Shown here: positions 13,921-24,936 of the stretch, in pieces | How positions within the stretch are numbered: position 1 is the stretch's first letter | Layout of the letters: each line of letters opens with the position of its first letter | Source: Parasitella parasitica NRRL 2501 | Taxonomy: Eukaryota > Fungi > Mucoromycota | Direction: 5' to 3' | DNA: 64,000 nucleotides | Assembly: GCA_025201805.1 (NCBI GenBank) | Contig: MU619343.1 | Location: 49,889-113,888, forward strand | Made by a program: the position numbers and the translations under genes | The notes under the pieces: model-generated | Told to the model about the DNA's origin: nothing | The model's database searches: none | The model's input: the letters and a program-made list of their open reading frames with translations, nothing else

Positions 13921-14422
13921 TCAGTATTTCCTTGCTTTTTGGAGCCTATTGAACAGACCCCTTTTTGTGTTTATGGGAGCTTGTGTTGGTCTGCGTCTTG
14001 TAAAACCAAAACCTCGAGATTGCGGTCTGGAAGCAGCAGAAACACCAGCGGCAGTAGCGGCAGCTGGAGCCAATTTTTTTACCAGCCCACCAACAGTGCT
14101 TCTCTTTGATCTCTTGTTTGTAGTGGCAACTTTATGATTAGGAGAAACCATTGTTTTAAGTCTACGTAACGCCATTGAATTAGATGGAGCAGTATTTACG
14201 GCACCATGTCGCTGTTTTCTTGACGAGCTAAAGCCAAATTTACGATTGGGTGGAGCTACTTGTACAGGTCTTTGAGATGCACGACCGAATATAAAAGGAG
14301 GACTGAAATGAACATCAGTTGTGAATCAGCATTTGATAAACAGGTGTTACAAACCTCTTTTTTGCATGTACTGTTCTTGGTGCAGTCTGGCCTGCAATTG
14401 TTGTGCTGTTGGTGTTTCCCAT
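13921..14422 (-). CDS. Highly basic, putatively N-myristoylated protein of about 149 aa (intron 14303-14354)
   Basis: MGNTNSTTIAGQTAPRTVHAKKS|PPFIFGR... splices in frame into ORF 13921..14175 through a 52-nt GT-AG intron. Confidence 0.7.
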
Positions 14423-15428
14423 ATTGATTTGAATAAAGGAAATTTGCGTTTTTTTCTGTCTTTTTATAACAAGGCAAATCCAATCTAGTGGCTATAATTT
14501 GTGGTTACAATATGAGTTCATAGGATACTGTTAAAGAAGTTAGCCTTATTGATCTATCAGTCCATTATTCAAAGTCTCTGACGTAAGATGTACTGCATTA
14601 AGGTGATGACGGTCTGTGCAACGTTCAAATTTGCTTTTTTAGACGAACAACAGGTTGATCACATTTTGTCTGTTAAAAGCAGACCAGAAGCGCTAGAAAA
14701 AGGTACATACGCGGGTTGTAGAAGGAGAAATAGGACGTATTTTCACTTGAAGAGTATATTACTTGAGACCACTTGAGTGAAGGTTTCTCGACAAACAGGT
14801 TCTGATGCTAGATTTACAACAAACAAACAAACAGAAGCTGTGTAAAGATCTTCAAGTTCACCTGGGTCCTCATGATACTTTTCAAACTTTTTCCATATTT
14901 CAAAATTATAAAAACCTCCTATTTTTGATTGTACACTGTATGTAATGCTCATAAATATGGTAGCAAATGCCAGCAAAATATAGTTTCCATCATTAAAATA
15001 TTGTTTCTTATCATATTGCATCGCGAATCACTTTGATTTGCAATTGGTGAAATGCAGATCTGCATGCATGATTTTTATGCTCTTGGCGACAAATAGTATC
15101 AGAAATCGATTACGCCAAGAGGGCCATAAGATTACAGACATACAGAAGATAGAAGCTCAACGATTCTGAAATGTAGCAATAGAGCTGCATCTCATTTTTG
15201 TATGTTCTCATATAGGTACATCTACGGTGAGAGCTATATTTAGGCATATATTTATTCGACAGTATACCATTTTTCTACATATAAAAGAGGAAAAAATGGC
15301 AAGATGGCTCTATATTCTTTGTTCTGCAAAGTGACGCTTATGTATGATAACAAAACAAAACAAAATGTACAGGGATATGTGCGCATGTATGTCGATCAAT
15401 GTCGCGTATTTCACAGATATGAAAAAAG

Positions 15429-15437
15429 ATATAAATA
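15429..15437 (+). promoter_or_regulatory. TATA-like element upstream of the secreted repeat-protein gene
   Basis: TATAAATA about 60 nt upstream of the ATG at 15496. Confidence 0.4.
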
Positions 15438-15495
15438 CAGCCAGATAGTTACGTTGATTTCGTCGAAAATATCATCAACTCGTACATCAAATAAC

Positions 15496-16038
15496 ATGCA
15501 AATCAAATTATTGTCTATTGCTTCTTTGGCCTTCCTCTTTGCTGCTGCTTCTGCTGCGCCTGCCGGAAATAACGATCAAAAAACACAAGATGCCGCTGCC
15601 AGTGGAGACGAAGCCGCTTTTAATGCCAAGGTTGCTGCTATCCAAGAAGACCCTGAAATCAAAAATACTTTGGAATTCTTGATTCAACAAATTGCTGGAA
15701 AGTTGAATGAACAGTCTTCATCCCAAAATATTCAAGCTCGCGGTGAGCCACTTGATCAGGTTAAAGATACAGATGGTGTTGCTAAAGGTCTTGATGCTGT
15801 CAAAGATGTCACTGGTGGTGCTGTTGAAGATGTCGCTGGTGGCGCTGTCGCAGATGTCACTAATGGTAACCCTACTGATGCTGCTAAAGATGCTGCTGAA
15901 GGTGCTGCTAAGGCCGCCAGTCAAGTTGGTGATGCTGTAAAAGGTGCTACTGATACTGGTGTTGCTGAAAATGCTGTTGACACCACCAGTAAAGTTAGTG
16001 GTACTGTTAGAGACGCTATTGGTGAAGTTGGCTATTAG
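15496..16038 (+). CDS. Secreted Ala/Gly/Asp/Val-rich repeat protein
   Basis: Signal peptide MQIKLLSIASLAFLFAAASAAP; DV(T/A)GGAV repeats; strong GCT/GGT codon bias suggests high expression. Confidence 0.85.
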   Translation: MQIKLLSIASLAFLFAAASAAPAGNNDQKTQDAAASGDEAAFNAKVAAIQEDPEIKNTLEFLIQQIAGKLNEQSSSQNIQARGEPLDQVKDTDGVAKGLDAVKDVTGGAVEDVAGGAVADVTNGNPTDAAKDAAEGAAKAASQVGDAVKGATDTGVAENAVDTTSKVSGTVRDAIGEVGY

Positions 16039-17484
16039 GTATGACACTCAAGTTGGTGGTAATCAATCACCTAGCATCTAAAAGTTTAATCCAGTTTATT
16101 GTTATTACATAAGCTGATTATTCACCCCTAATAGTTTTAATTTTTTCTTCGTCAACTATTGCTGATTTCAGTATTTTTGTTCATAATCTCATTCTTAATA
16201 AATTTTCATACACTAGATTGTTGCAAGGTGTCTTGTTTTATGTCTAAAAACAGTACTACTGCTTCCATATTGAAAGATATCTGACCAAACATGAGTCTGA
16301 CGCCAAGCTGGGTGATAGAGAGGGGCAGTTGCTGTACGCTTGCTATTTGATTCAAGCTATTATCTACTATTTCCAATGTAAACCATTTATTTTACATATT
16401 GGATAAAATCACATTAATTAAATTGTCTTCCGTATTCAATACATTATGCTTTATACAAGTTTAAGAGGGTTATTGCCCATCTTGATTATTTTTCCTCTGC
16501 ATCTGCCTTGATAAAATGTTGGCTCAAAAATGGGATTTTTATGACACGGACATGCTGATCAAGAACCATCGTTTGATTCGCTTCTGAGTCTAACCTAAAG
16601 CCAAATCCATTTCAAATTTCCCCCCTCTGAATTACATTTAGGCATATTAATTTTGTAAAAAAAAAATCGCTGAATGCAATAATACGGTACCATCATACGA
16701 AGCGAAATGTCATTTCTTCCGATACGCAAAAGAATGAGGTCGCCAAGATCTGATTATAGTTAGTTCTAGTTGATTTCAAACAATATGCAGAAATTTTTGG
16801 CGGTAAATAGAGAATGAACTTCTATCATTGCAGCCACTTTTTCATGCTGCTATCGCTTTTACAATCACTTTTCTATGACTGATCTACCCCTGAGCATAAT
16901 TCTACGTATTCTTCCTTTTGGAAGTCTATATTATTGCCAAGAATGTTTTTGTTCTTCTAAAAAAAGATGTTATAGATGTTTGAAGCCAAGCCAACCAGCC
17001 ACGATCATTCTACACACATACGAAAATAGAAATACGGAAGGCTAAGCTATTTAGCATCATGATCTCTGTGCCTTTTCACTTTTTACCATGACTTCATTTT
17101 ACTGTGCACTTAATCCTTACTAATATATCCTTGTCTACATGACGTATGAATACGTGGATGTAGAGCATATTGCTGAATACATATGCTTCATGTGCATTGT
17201 TGCACAATGGTTGTATTTCTTTGTGCTCAATAGCCTGCCAAAGGCAGCAATGAAGTCAGCTTATTGGATCAAGTAATGCCTAGATTTGGCTTGTATCACG
17301 CATCCAAGATAGTTTAGTTTCACTTTTACTGAAGCAAATGTTTTTTTTAATCTTAAAAACACCACCGTTTCGTCACTATTGTAACGGTTACAACCATTAC
17401 TGTCAAATAGTATAAAAAGATTGGAGGTTTTTGATAATAGGCTTTTTTATATTTTCTTCATACTTTATTTTTTCACTTTTCAAG

Positions 17485-18114
17485 ATGGCACTCTTTGGAT
17501 ATCTAGCCACCTTTTTTACCTTTGCCGCGCTTGTTCTTCAAATCTTTTCCATGATAGGCACAACTTATAATCAGCCATTCTTAAGGGATTTGTACTTTGT
17601 CAAAGTATCGACTGGCAGTGAGTTTGTCATTGCTGGCTTGTGGAGTTACTGTACTGGTTCTGTCAGTGGTGGGGTAAGCGCATGCACCAAACCTGTTCCA
17701 GCTTTTAACTGGAGTCTTGCTGACGGCGTTGCTGGGAGATATTTGGATGGAATCAGTAATCTGGATCGTGTATTCTTGGCCAACTTCATTCTGTACTGGA
17801 TTGCGTTAGGTTTCACCTTCTTTGCATTGATCATCACAGTCATGAGCCATTTCAGACGTGGCCCCGACTTTTTAGCTTCTCTCATGACCTTCATTGCTTT
17901 TGTCGTTCAAATGGTAGTATTTATCATTATTCTTGTCATCTCTATTCGTGGTCTCAATGCAGCAAAAGGTGAAAGCGCATCTGTGTCTGGTAATCTGGGG
18001 CCTTCCATGTGGATGACTTTGGGTGCCTTTGTTGCTCTGTTATTTTCTTCCATCGGCTATTGCTTTGCCTGTATCTGTGGCCCGGGGAAAATCAGATCTA
18101 ATGAAAAGGTCTAA
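17485..18114 (+). CDS. SUR7/PalI family tetraspan membrane protein
   Basis: Four hydrophobic segments; claudin-like GLWSYC...C motif; GPSMWM before TM4. Confidence 0.9.
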   Translation: MALFGYLATFFTFAALVLQIFSMIGTTYNQPFLRDLYFVKVSTGSEFVIAGLWSYCTGSVSGGVSACTKPVPAFNWSLADGVAGRYLDGISNLDRVFLANFILYWIALGFTFFALIITVMSHFRRGPDFLASLMTFIAFVVQMVVFIIILVISIRGLNAAKGESASVSGNLGPSMWMTLGAFVALLFSSIGYCFACICGPGKIRSNEKV

Positions 18115-18930
18115 ATGTTATTATATTCTGAGCCTCGTCTTCTTTATATCCTCATGAATATGGTTATATACTATATTCAAGCCAATGGTATAATACAGAA
18201 TTTACCTGTATTGAAATTTGTATACATAACAACCCAAAACAACTTGATACTATTACTGCTAATATTATTTTTTCACCTCTCCTCGACATCCTTATACATA
18301 TATCTTTTAATGAAATAAAAATACTTTGAACATGCTTTGCTTCTCTTACGAATAAAACAAATAAACAATTTATGCATTGCAACATCGTCGTGTGTATAGG
18401 ACAAATGCAGCATGACACTTTACTAATGGGCCCTAAAATGGATTATTTTACAAGGCACACTCTAATTTCATGCGATTATATTTTTGTAGTATCTAGTACG
18501 AAAGACTACATGAGTCTGCTGTAGTACATTCAACATGTTTTAAACTGTGCAATTACAGTATATTATATCAGGAGATTGGTAAAACTTTACTAGTAGTGTC
18601 CATCAGAAGCGAATTTTTTTGAACAGAATACCCTAGTCGGTTTACTTGACTATAAATCAGCCGACGAGGTAAAATCGAGCGCGGTGGTAATTTGCATCGA
18701 CATTTTTGAGTTGTGACGAATTGGTGAATGAGGGCTACACGCACAAAGCCATACAAAGTTTAGTTACCAAGAGTACACTTATCATTGGATACGCTGTAAG
18801 TGAATGTGTTATGATAAAAAACCTGGCCTCACATCCAATTACCCCCCTTCCTGTTTCTATTTTTTTTTTTCTTTTAGTTCTGTCTCTCTTTTCGCTTTTT
18901 ATTTATTATAAAGCAACACGACAAACAGTA

Positions 18931-20025
18931 ATGGACGAATATACTTTAAAAGATGTTTCCAAGCACCAAAATTCTGATTCCTGCTGGGTTGTTTACAAAA
19001 GCAAGGTATATGATGTAACAGAATTTATTCAAGACCATCCAGGTGGAGACGACCTCATTTTAGACCATGCAGGACATGATGTTACTGCAGTCATGAAGGA
19101 TGTGCTTGAACATGAGCATTCTGACTCGGCCTATGAAATCTTGGAGGAATATTGTATTGGCATTATTGTGGAAAATACTGCTACCACTGCGAATGTTGCT
19201 GCTACCAAATTGTCACTTCACGAACAACGTATGAAGCTATTGGAGGAGGAGGAAGAAAGCAAAACATTTGGCAAGGAGGATTTCAGACCCTCCGAAACCG
19301 ATATCACCTCTGACGTTAAAAAGAATCAATTCTTGGATCTGAGCAAGGCACTAGTTCCTCAACTCATCCGTGCTCGGTATACAAAGGAATTCTATCTGGA
19401 GCAAGTTCACAAGCCTCGTTACATGAATGGGCCAGCCATCTTCTTTGGGCACCCGTTATTAGAACCTTTGACAAAGACGGCTTGGTATGTTATCCCCACT
19501 GTTTGGATTCCGTACGTAGGCTACCAATTATACCAATCATTTGCGTACGGCAACGACATAGCAACATGGATGTCTTTTGTTTTGGGAATAGCCATTTGGA
19601 GTTTATTAGAATACCTCCTTCACCGCTTCTTTTTTCATTTGGATGAGCTATTACCTGACCATCAAGCAGCATTTGTATTGCATTTTGTCATTCATGGATT
19701 CCATCATTATTTGCCTATGGATAAATTAAGATTAGTCATGCCTCCTACGCTTGCCATTATCATTGCCTATCCCTTGGTGTCTTTGGGCCATTTCTTGTTT
19801 CCTCCAATGGTCTCCCATGGTGTTGTTGCTGGCGGTTTCTTTGGCTATGTCCTGTACGACTGCACGCATTATTATCTTCATCATGCTCGCGTATTCAAAT
19901 ATCATTTCAGAGAAATGAAGAAATATCACATGGCGCATCATTACAAGAATTATGAAGGTGGCTACGGTATTACTTCCAAGATTTGGGATTATTGCTTTGG
20001 TACCGTACTGGAGTATACCAACTAA
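18931..20025 (+). CDS. SCS7: Sphingolipid fatty acid 2-hydroxylase (cytochrome b5 fusion), intronless
   Basis: b5 HPGG motif; His boxes LHRFFFH, HGFHH, HYYLHH, HMAHH; PMDKLRLVMPP. Confidence 0.97.
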   Translation: MDEYTLKDVSKHQNSDSCWVVYKSKVYDVTEFIQDHPGGDDLILDHAGHDVTAVMKDVLEHEHSDSAYEILEEYCIGIIVENTATTANVAATKLSLHEQRMKLLEEEEESKTFGKEDFRPSETDITSDVKKNQFLDLSKALVPQLIRARYTKEFYLEQVHKPRYMNGPAIFFGHPLLEPLTKTAWYVIPTVWIPYVGYQLYQSFAYGNDIATWMSFVLGIAIWSLLEYLLHRFFFHLDELLPDHQAAFVLHFVIHGFHHYLPMDKLRLVMPPTLAIIIAYPLVSLGHFLFPPMVSHGVVAGGFFGYVLYDCTHYYLHHARVFKYHFREMKKYHMAHHYKNYEGGYGITSKIWDYCFGTVLEYTN

Positions 20026-20905
20026 TCTTTTTTAAAATTCATTGCTATTAATCATTATTACTTTATTACACATCTGTTTTGCTTATTTTTATGTATTATG
20101 TAAAAAAATCTTTCGACTTTTTGGAAAGCATGCTTTATTCCGTAATCTCATTAATAAAATCCATGCACACGCACATTAAATGTATTTAAATGTAGAAGAT
20201 TATCTCTAACGAGTAAAGAAAGTGTTCTTGTGAAAAGATTTTTAGTGGCATATCAGAAAATTTTTCTTCTGTAATTTGTAGTTTAACTTCCAATAGTGAA
20301 GATTTCATTTAAGGATGTGTTTATTCTCAATGGTAGATTTTATCAGAGATTGAGCGCATTACTTAGTTTTTGATAAACCAATGTTAAGGCTCTTGTGCAA
20401 GAATAATCCGATAGTAAGGATAGTATTGATCATAAAGAGAAAAATGTTATAGTAATATGGATTCCATTTGATTTAGACTATTCATTAGTTTTCCCTTCTA
20501 TAATTGCGACTTGTTTTTTTTCATAATTAACTCCTTGAATTTAGGATCTTGTTGTTATATGGTTTCAGATGCTGGATGAGCTTGAGAGTATGTTGATATC
20601 CGATGTGTAACGCTTTCATGATTGTGGATGCCAACATCTCGGCTTTGCTATAGATTTTCCGCTCGATCTTATTCTCAAGGGACTTTTGGTCTTGGATTTC
20701 ATTGAATAATTGATAAATTATGGTGCTTCCTTAACGTACATCGTTTATCCTAACATATATGACACTGGACTACACGATCGTAAATTATCATATCTTGAAA
20801 AGCAAAAAAACCTTCACATGACAAGATGAGAACCTGGAGTCAAGTATTGACTTGAAGAAAAAGGCTTTTAAAGAACAAGGTTTCCGTTTTATTAAACAGA
20901 ATATT

Positions 20906-21216
20906 CCTCAGTTAGAAAAACGCCTTCCGCCGATAATGACTCTAGGATTGCAATGACGAGCCATAAGTCAGGAAACAATGATGGCAAGAGAAATATCGAA
21001 ACAATTATCTGGGAAAATGAAATTAATCAGGTAATGATCCGTTTATTACATTCAAAATAGAGAGTTGATATATTTTCTACGAACCGAGGAAAGCGATGCG
21101 AGGATAAAGATTTTAGTGATGAGATCCGGGAAATAGGGTAGATTATACTCATCCCAAATGTCATGTCATATTACTTTATGATCTGATATTTTATTTTGAC
21201 ATCCGGTTTTAGAATT
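20906..21216. repeat. Insertion of about 310 bp within the Fanzor remnant; dispersed repeat copy A
   Basis: Flanked by ATT...ATT; removing it restores the frame IKQNI-DTSTS; homologous to about 62497-62680. Confidence 0.65.
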
Positions 21217-22245
21217 GATACATCAACCAGTACTACGGGCCGTACTACGAAGCAAAAAGAAATACTTCACGAAAATCAACCAAGCCTGCTATAATCAGTA
21301 ATGCAGAAACGCTTCTTTCAGAAACAAATTTATCTACTGTAGACGTTGACAAATTTTCGGGTTATATAAAGGCAAGAGCTTCTGTGGAGGATTTGTTGAG
21401 CCAATGCTATGGAAATGAAACTCAAAAACATGAAGAGAAATACTTGCCTGGCTCCTGTTTTAATTTAATGTGGAGAAGAATAGAAATCTGTGGTTAGAGA
21501 AATAATTCATATTAAAAATTCGAGGTTACTTTCCTCAAAATAATCTAAGTCTCAACTGTATGCGGCCTATGTACTACTAAGGCTACAACAAAAACATATT
21601 ACGAAACTATTGCACAAGTAACTCAACTTGTGGAAGAGTTATTCACAAGTGAAGAAGTTACGTTAAAACAACGATTAAGTAAACCATTCCGAAAAATGAA
21701 ATTCTCAAGCAAAGTTACTACTACCAAACTGATGAAATATTAACACGAAGCTTGAAGAAGAAATTTGGTCTTGATTGCGTCCTGGTGTTAAGGAACTGGT
21801 CTGTCTCCAAACAATAAATACCATGAAGCGACAAGAAATAAGGGCCTTATACGAATGTACAAGAGGAATGGGGTTTTCGTTTTTCTGATTGATAAGTTTA
21901 AAACCTCGTCATAATGCCCAATCTGTGAAGATGATCTCGAAACTTTCAAAACAGTTTAGTTAATCCCCGCTTATATAAAAGGGCTGGTATACCAGTAGTC
22001 AAATGCCACGGGCTACTAAGGTATATGATAACGGTAATTGTAACAACGAATTGGGATGATTACAACCACTCAATCATTAGGTACAAGAGCAGCAAAATGC
22101 CTTTCTGAAGAAACGGTAAAAAAAGTTATGGAACCGAGATCCTGCAGCTGCTTGGACTTTCGAAAGATATTGATAAGTTTAAGGGTCAAGTGCCCAAAGC
22201 TGTTTTTCAGAAAACAAGCCCAAAAATCAACATAAAAAAGAGAAA

Positions 22246-22286
22246 TTTTCCACTAGAGTATTGATCTGGCTATTTAATGCAGGTAA
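22246..22286 (+). ncRNA. Candidate Fanzor omegaRNA scaffold at the element's right end
   Basis: TTTTCCACTAGAGTATTGATCTGGCTATTTAATGCAGGTAA lies directly downstream of the RuvC-III-coding region and contains a CTAGA/TCTGG hairpin. Confidence 0.6.
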
Positions 22287-23186
22287 TATACCGTATTAAT
22301 ATCCTGTATTAGTGAAAATATTATAAGACAAGAAATTAGAATTGCAACAAGTGCACATCATTATGCAGTCCAAACAAGGACTTCGTTGGGCTTAGACGTC
22401 TACTGCTGGCATGGCAAAATGATGCACTTTTGACTGATCTACTAAAATACATGAATAACTTCAGTAATCAAGATAATTTTACACAGTCTATACCCCCCCT
22501 TTTTTATATATTACTATAAACATGCGAAAAAGACCCCTTTTTTTGTTGCATATATAGTTCTTTATTTTGGTCTTGCCGACATCAATATCAACCCATGAAT
22601 ATGGCGAGCATGCAACAAACATGTATAGAACGCACACCCAGGATTGTGTATATGTCTCAACTAAATGTTCGGATGGATCAAGTGCAGTGTAGAGCAATAA
22701 AAAGCTCTCCTCGCTTTCTCCTTTTAACCTACTTTTTTCTTTTGCTTATATTGATATTCTTTCATACTACAAAAAGGATAAAAGAAGCCCCTAAGTAGAA
22801 CGAAAGACATGAAAAAACTACACTGGCTCTTTGCTGCTTCCAAAAAAAAAAGAAAAAAAAAAAAGAGGATCCTCTCCTTGTAAAAAAAGACCCCTTCTAT
22901 TCTCAATTTCATAATGATCACCTCTCCTTGTGTTGTCGTTGTTGTTTTCTTGTTGCTATTGGTGTTGTCTTGTTAAGAGAAAAAGTTGCAACTACAATAC
23001 ATCAACTTCTTTTCCCTTTTTCACTTCTTTTTTTTTTTTTATCCCCCTCGTTGTCTATGTTCAACTTGTCATAATAATTTTATTACTTCTGCCATTACTA
23101 CTATTACCACTACTAGAACATCTGTAAATACACATATATTTTATCAATCCATCTAACTGACCAAAAGACAGATAAGAAAGAGGAAA

Positions 23187-24936
23187 ATGGGTGATATACA
23201 AAGAACATTCGTCGCTATATTTATTGCACTTGCATTTGTTACATGTCAACAACAGCCAATACCAACATCAACGTCAAATATATCGACTACTACTTCCTCT
23301 TCAAAGAACCCTACCACTACGACAACAGGTACTTATATTTGGCAATCACAAATCGATCGAACTATTTGTACATGTATTAAGGAGATGTATTAAAAAAAAC
23401 ATTTAGACTCTTCGTCGTCTTCCACCACTTGCGGTTCAAATGGCAACACAGATACAATTTGCTCTCCAAGAACTGGAGATGTTTGGAGAAATGGTACTTG
23501 GTATCCGATTACATGGAATACAAAGTATGTATTATGATTCTGCAACGAAATAAGGCATGTATGCTAATTATCAATTCAGGTACCCATCTTATGTGTCTTA
23601 TGTTAGTATATATTTACGCAAACTACATGTACGCGCATACTAATTACATCTTATGTAATAGCCAACATTGGATGTCTACATCTACTTTGTACAGAACTAT
23701 CAAAATATCCTCATAAAAAATATCACCAATATAAGTACTTCGAAAGGAAACGTAGCTGTCCTTGTCGATGATACATGGAGACTTGATTCATCGGCACAGA
23801 CATACAAAAGCTTAATTTACATTGTACCAAATGGTATTAATCCAGAAGAAGAGATAACAAATAGATTTTCAGATTATCCTCCACCTATAAATAATCTAGT
23901 AGAACGTAATGGATTATATTGCGCCCTATACTGCATTTATGCTAACATGTCCACCCTGTTTAGAAATGGCTTTGGTCCCCTTGTCTACCGCTCTATCTGA
24001 ATCTGCAAATGCTACTTTATCATCAGCAATTGCTTCAATGACAAATAATCTTATACCTACCTTGCCACCATCAGAATCTTCAGTCGTGAAATTGTCCGCA
24101 GATGATGAGGTTCATAGAAAACAGGCCGGTCCAGAAGCTCGCACTATTCAACCCTGGGTTATTGCAGCTGTTGTGCTAGCATGCTTAGCTGTACTAGGTG
24201 CATGTCTTGCCATCCTCTGGGTCATGAGACATAGTAGAAGAAGGAAATTAGTATACGGGGAAAAGGGACATCTGGGTATGTAATTTTTAATGTTAAGGGT
24301 ACACTTTGAGTATTAACAAATGAGCATATCATAGAACTCAATAGCACAGCAAGTAGCTCCATGTTTCCTGTATTAGAGCAAGATGGCAGTAGCAAAGAAA
24401 AATTTAATGCCATGTCTACCATCTCTCTAAATCAACCTACAATCAACACGGCAGTGTCAACGCCCGTGCGATTTTATGGAACAGCACATACCGGCAGTGA
24501 GAGAGGTTCGCTGAAAGGTCATACAGCGCCAAGCAGTCCGTTAAATAATACTGCATCTTCGAATATGGGGGGCTTCATATCTACGCCTTCTTTGCCACTA
24601 GACGGAAAAATATACATGCTTGGAGACGATGCACGTCCTCAATCTACCACTTCGTTTAGTAACATCTCCAGTAGGTCGGAGCCTCCTCTGACATCCACCG
24701 ATGCCCTCTTGATCGCAGACACTTTTCGTCAGCGAATGAGAAGGCCAGAATGGCAGCAACAACAACAGAAAAGCAACGATGCAAATGATGCAGATGAGGA
24801 GGAAGAAAAGAGACGTTACATAAGTGAGCAATTATTGAAAAAAGAATTGGAAGCAGAAGGTACCTTGATGAAAAAAGTCGGAAAGCGGGCGCATTTACTG
24901 GCAGCCACTTACCAAAAGCAGGACCAGGAGCCTTGA
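23187..24936 (+). CDS. Type I single-pass membrane protein (signal peptide, Ser/Thr stalk, TM, cytoplasmic tail), multi-exon
   Basis: MGDIQRTFVAIFIALAFVTCQ; CSPRTGDVWRNGTWYPITWNTK; TM WVIAAVVLACLAVLGACLAILWVM followed by RHSRRRK; GT-AG introns phase-consistent where checked. Confidence 0.8.

Larger units (their letters stand above)
20720..22286 (+). mobile_element. Decayed Fanzor1 (TnpB-derived RuvC nuclease) transposon remnant
   Basis: Frameshifted segments YMTLDYTIVNYHILK, KKKAFKEQG, YIKARASVEDLLSQCYGNE, PFRKMKFSSK, KKFGLDCVLVLRNWS, FLIDKFKTSS*CPIC, CHGLLR and LWNRDPAAA, in the order seen in Mucorales Fanzor1. Confidence 0.85.

Noticed and set aside
14588-15021. Short ORFs between the basic and secreted genes
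   Set aside because: No recognisable motifs or coherent splice model
20200-20715. Minus-strand fragments (IHNHE, IGLFLH) faintly like a MULE/FAR1 transposase next to the Fanzor
   Set aside because: Too degenerate to support by eye; a translated HMM search is needed. The Fanzor left end was also not found
21123-21146. GAT CCG GGA AAT AGG (DPGNR) inside the Fanzor looks like the missing RuvC-I DPG motif
   Set aside because: It is preceded by in-frame stops in both repeat copies and lies within the inserted repeat, so it is probably coincidence
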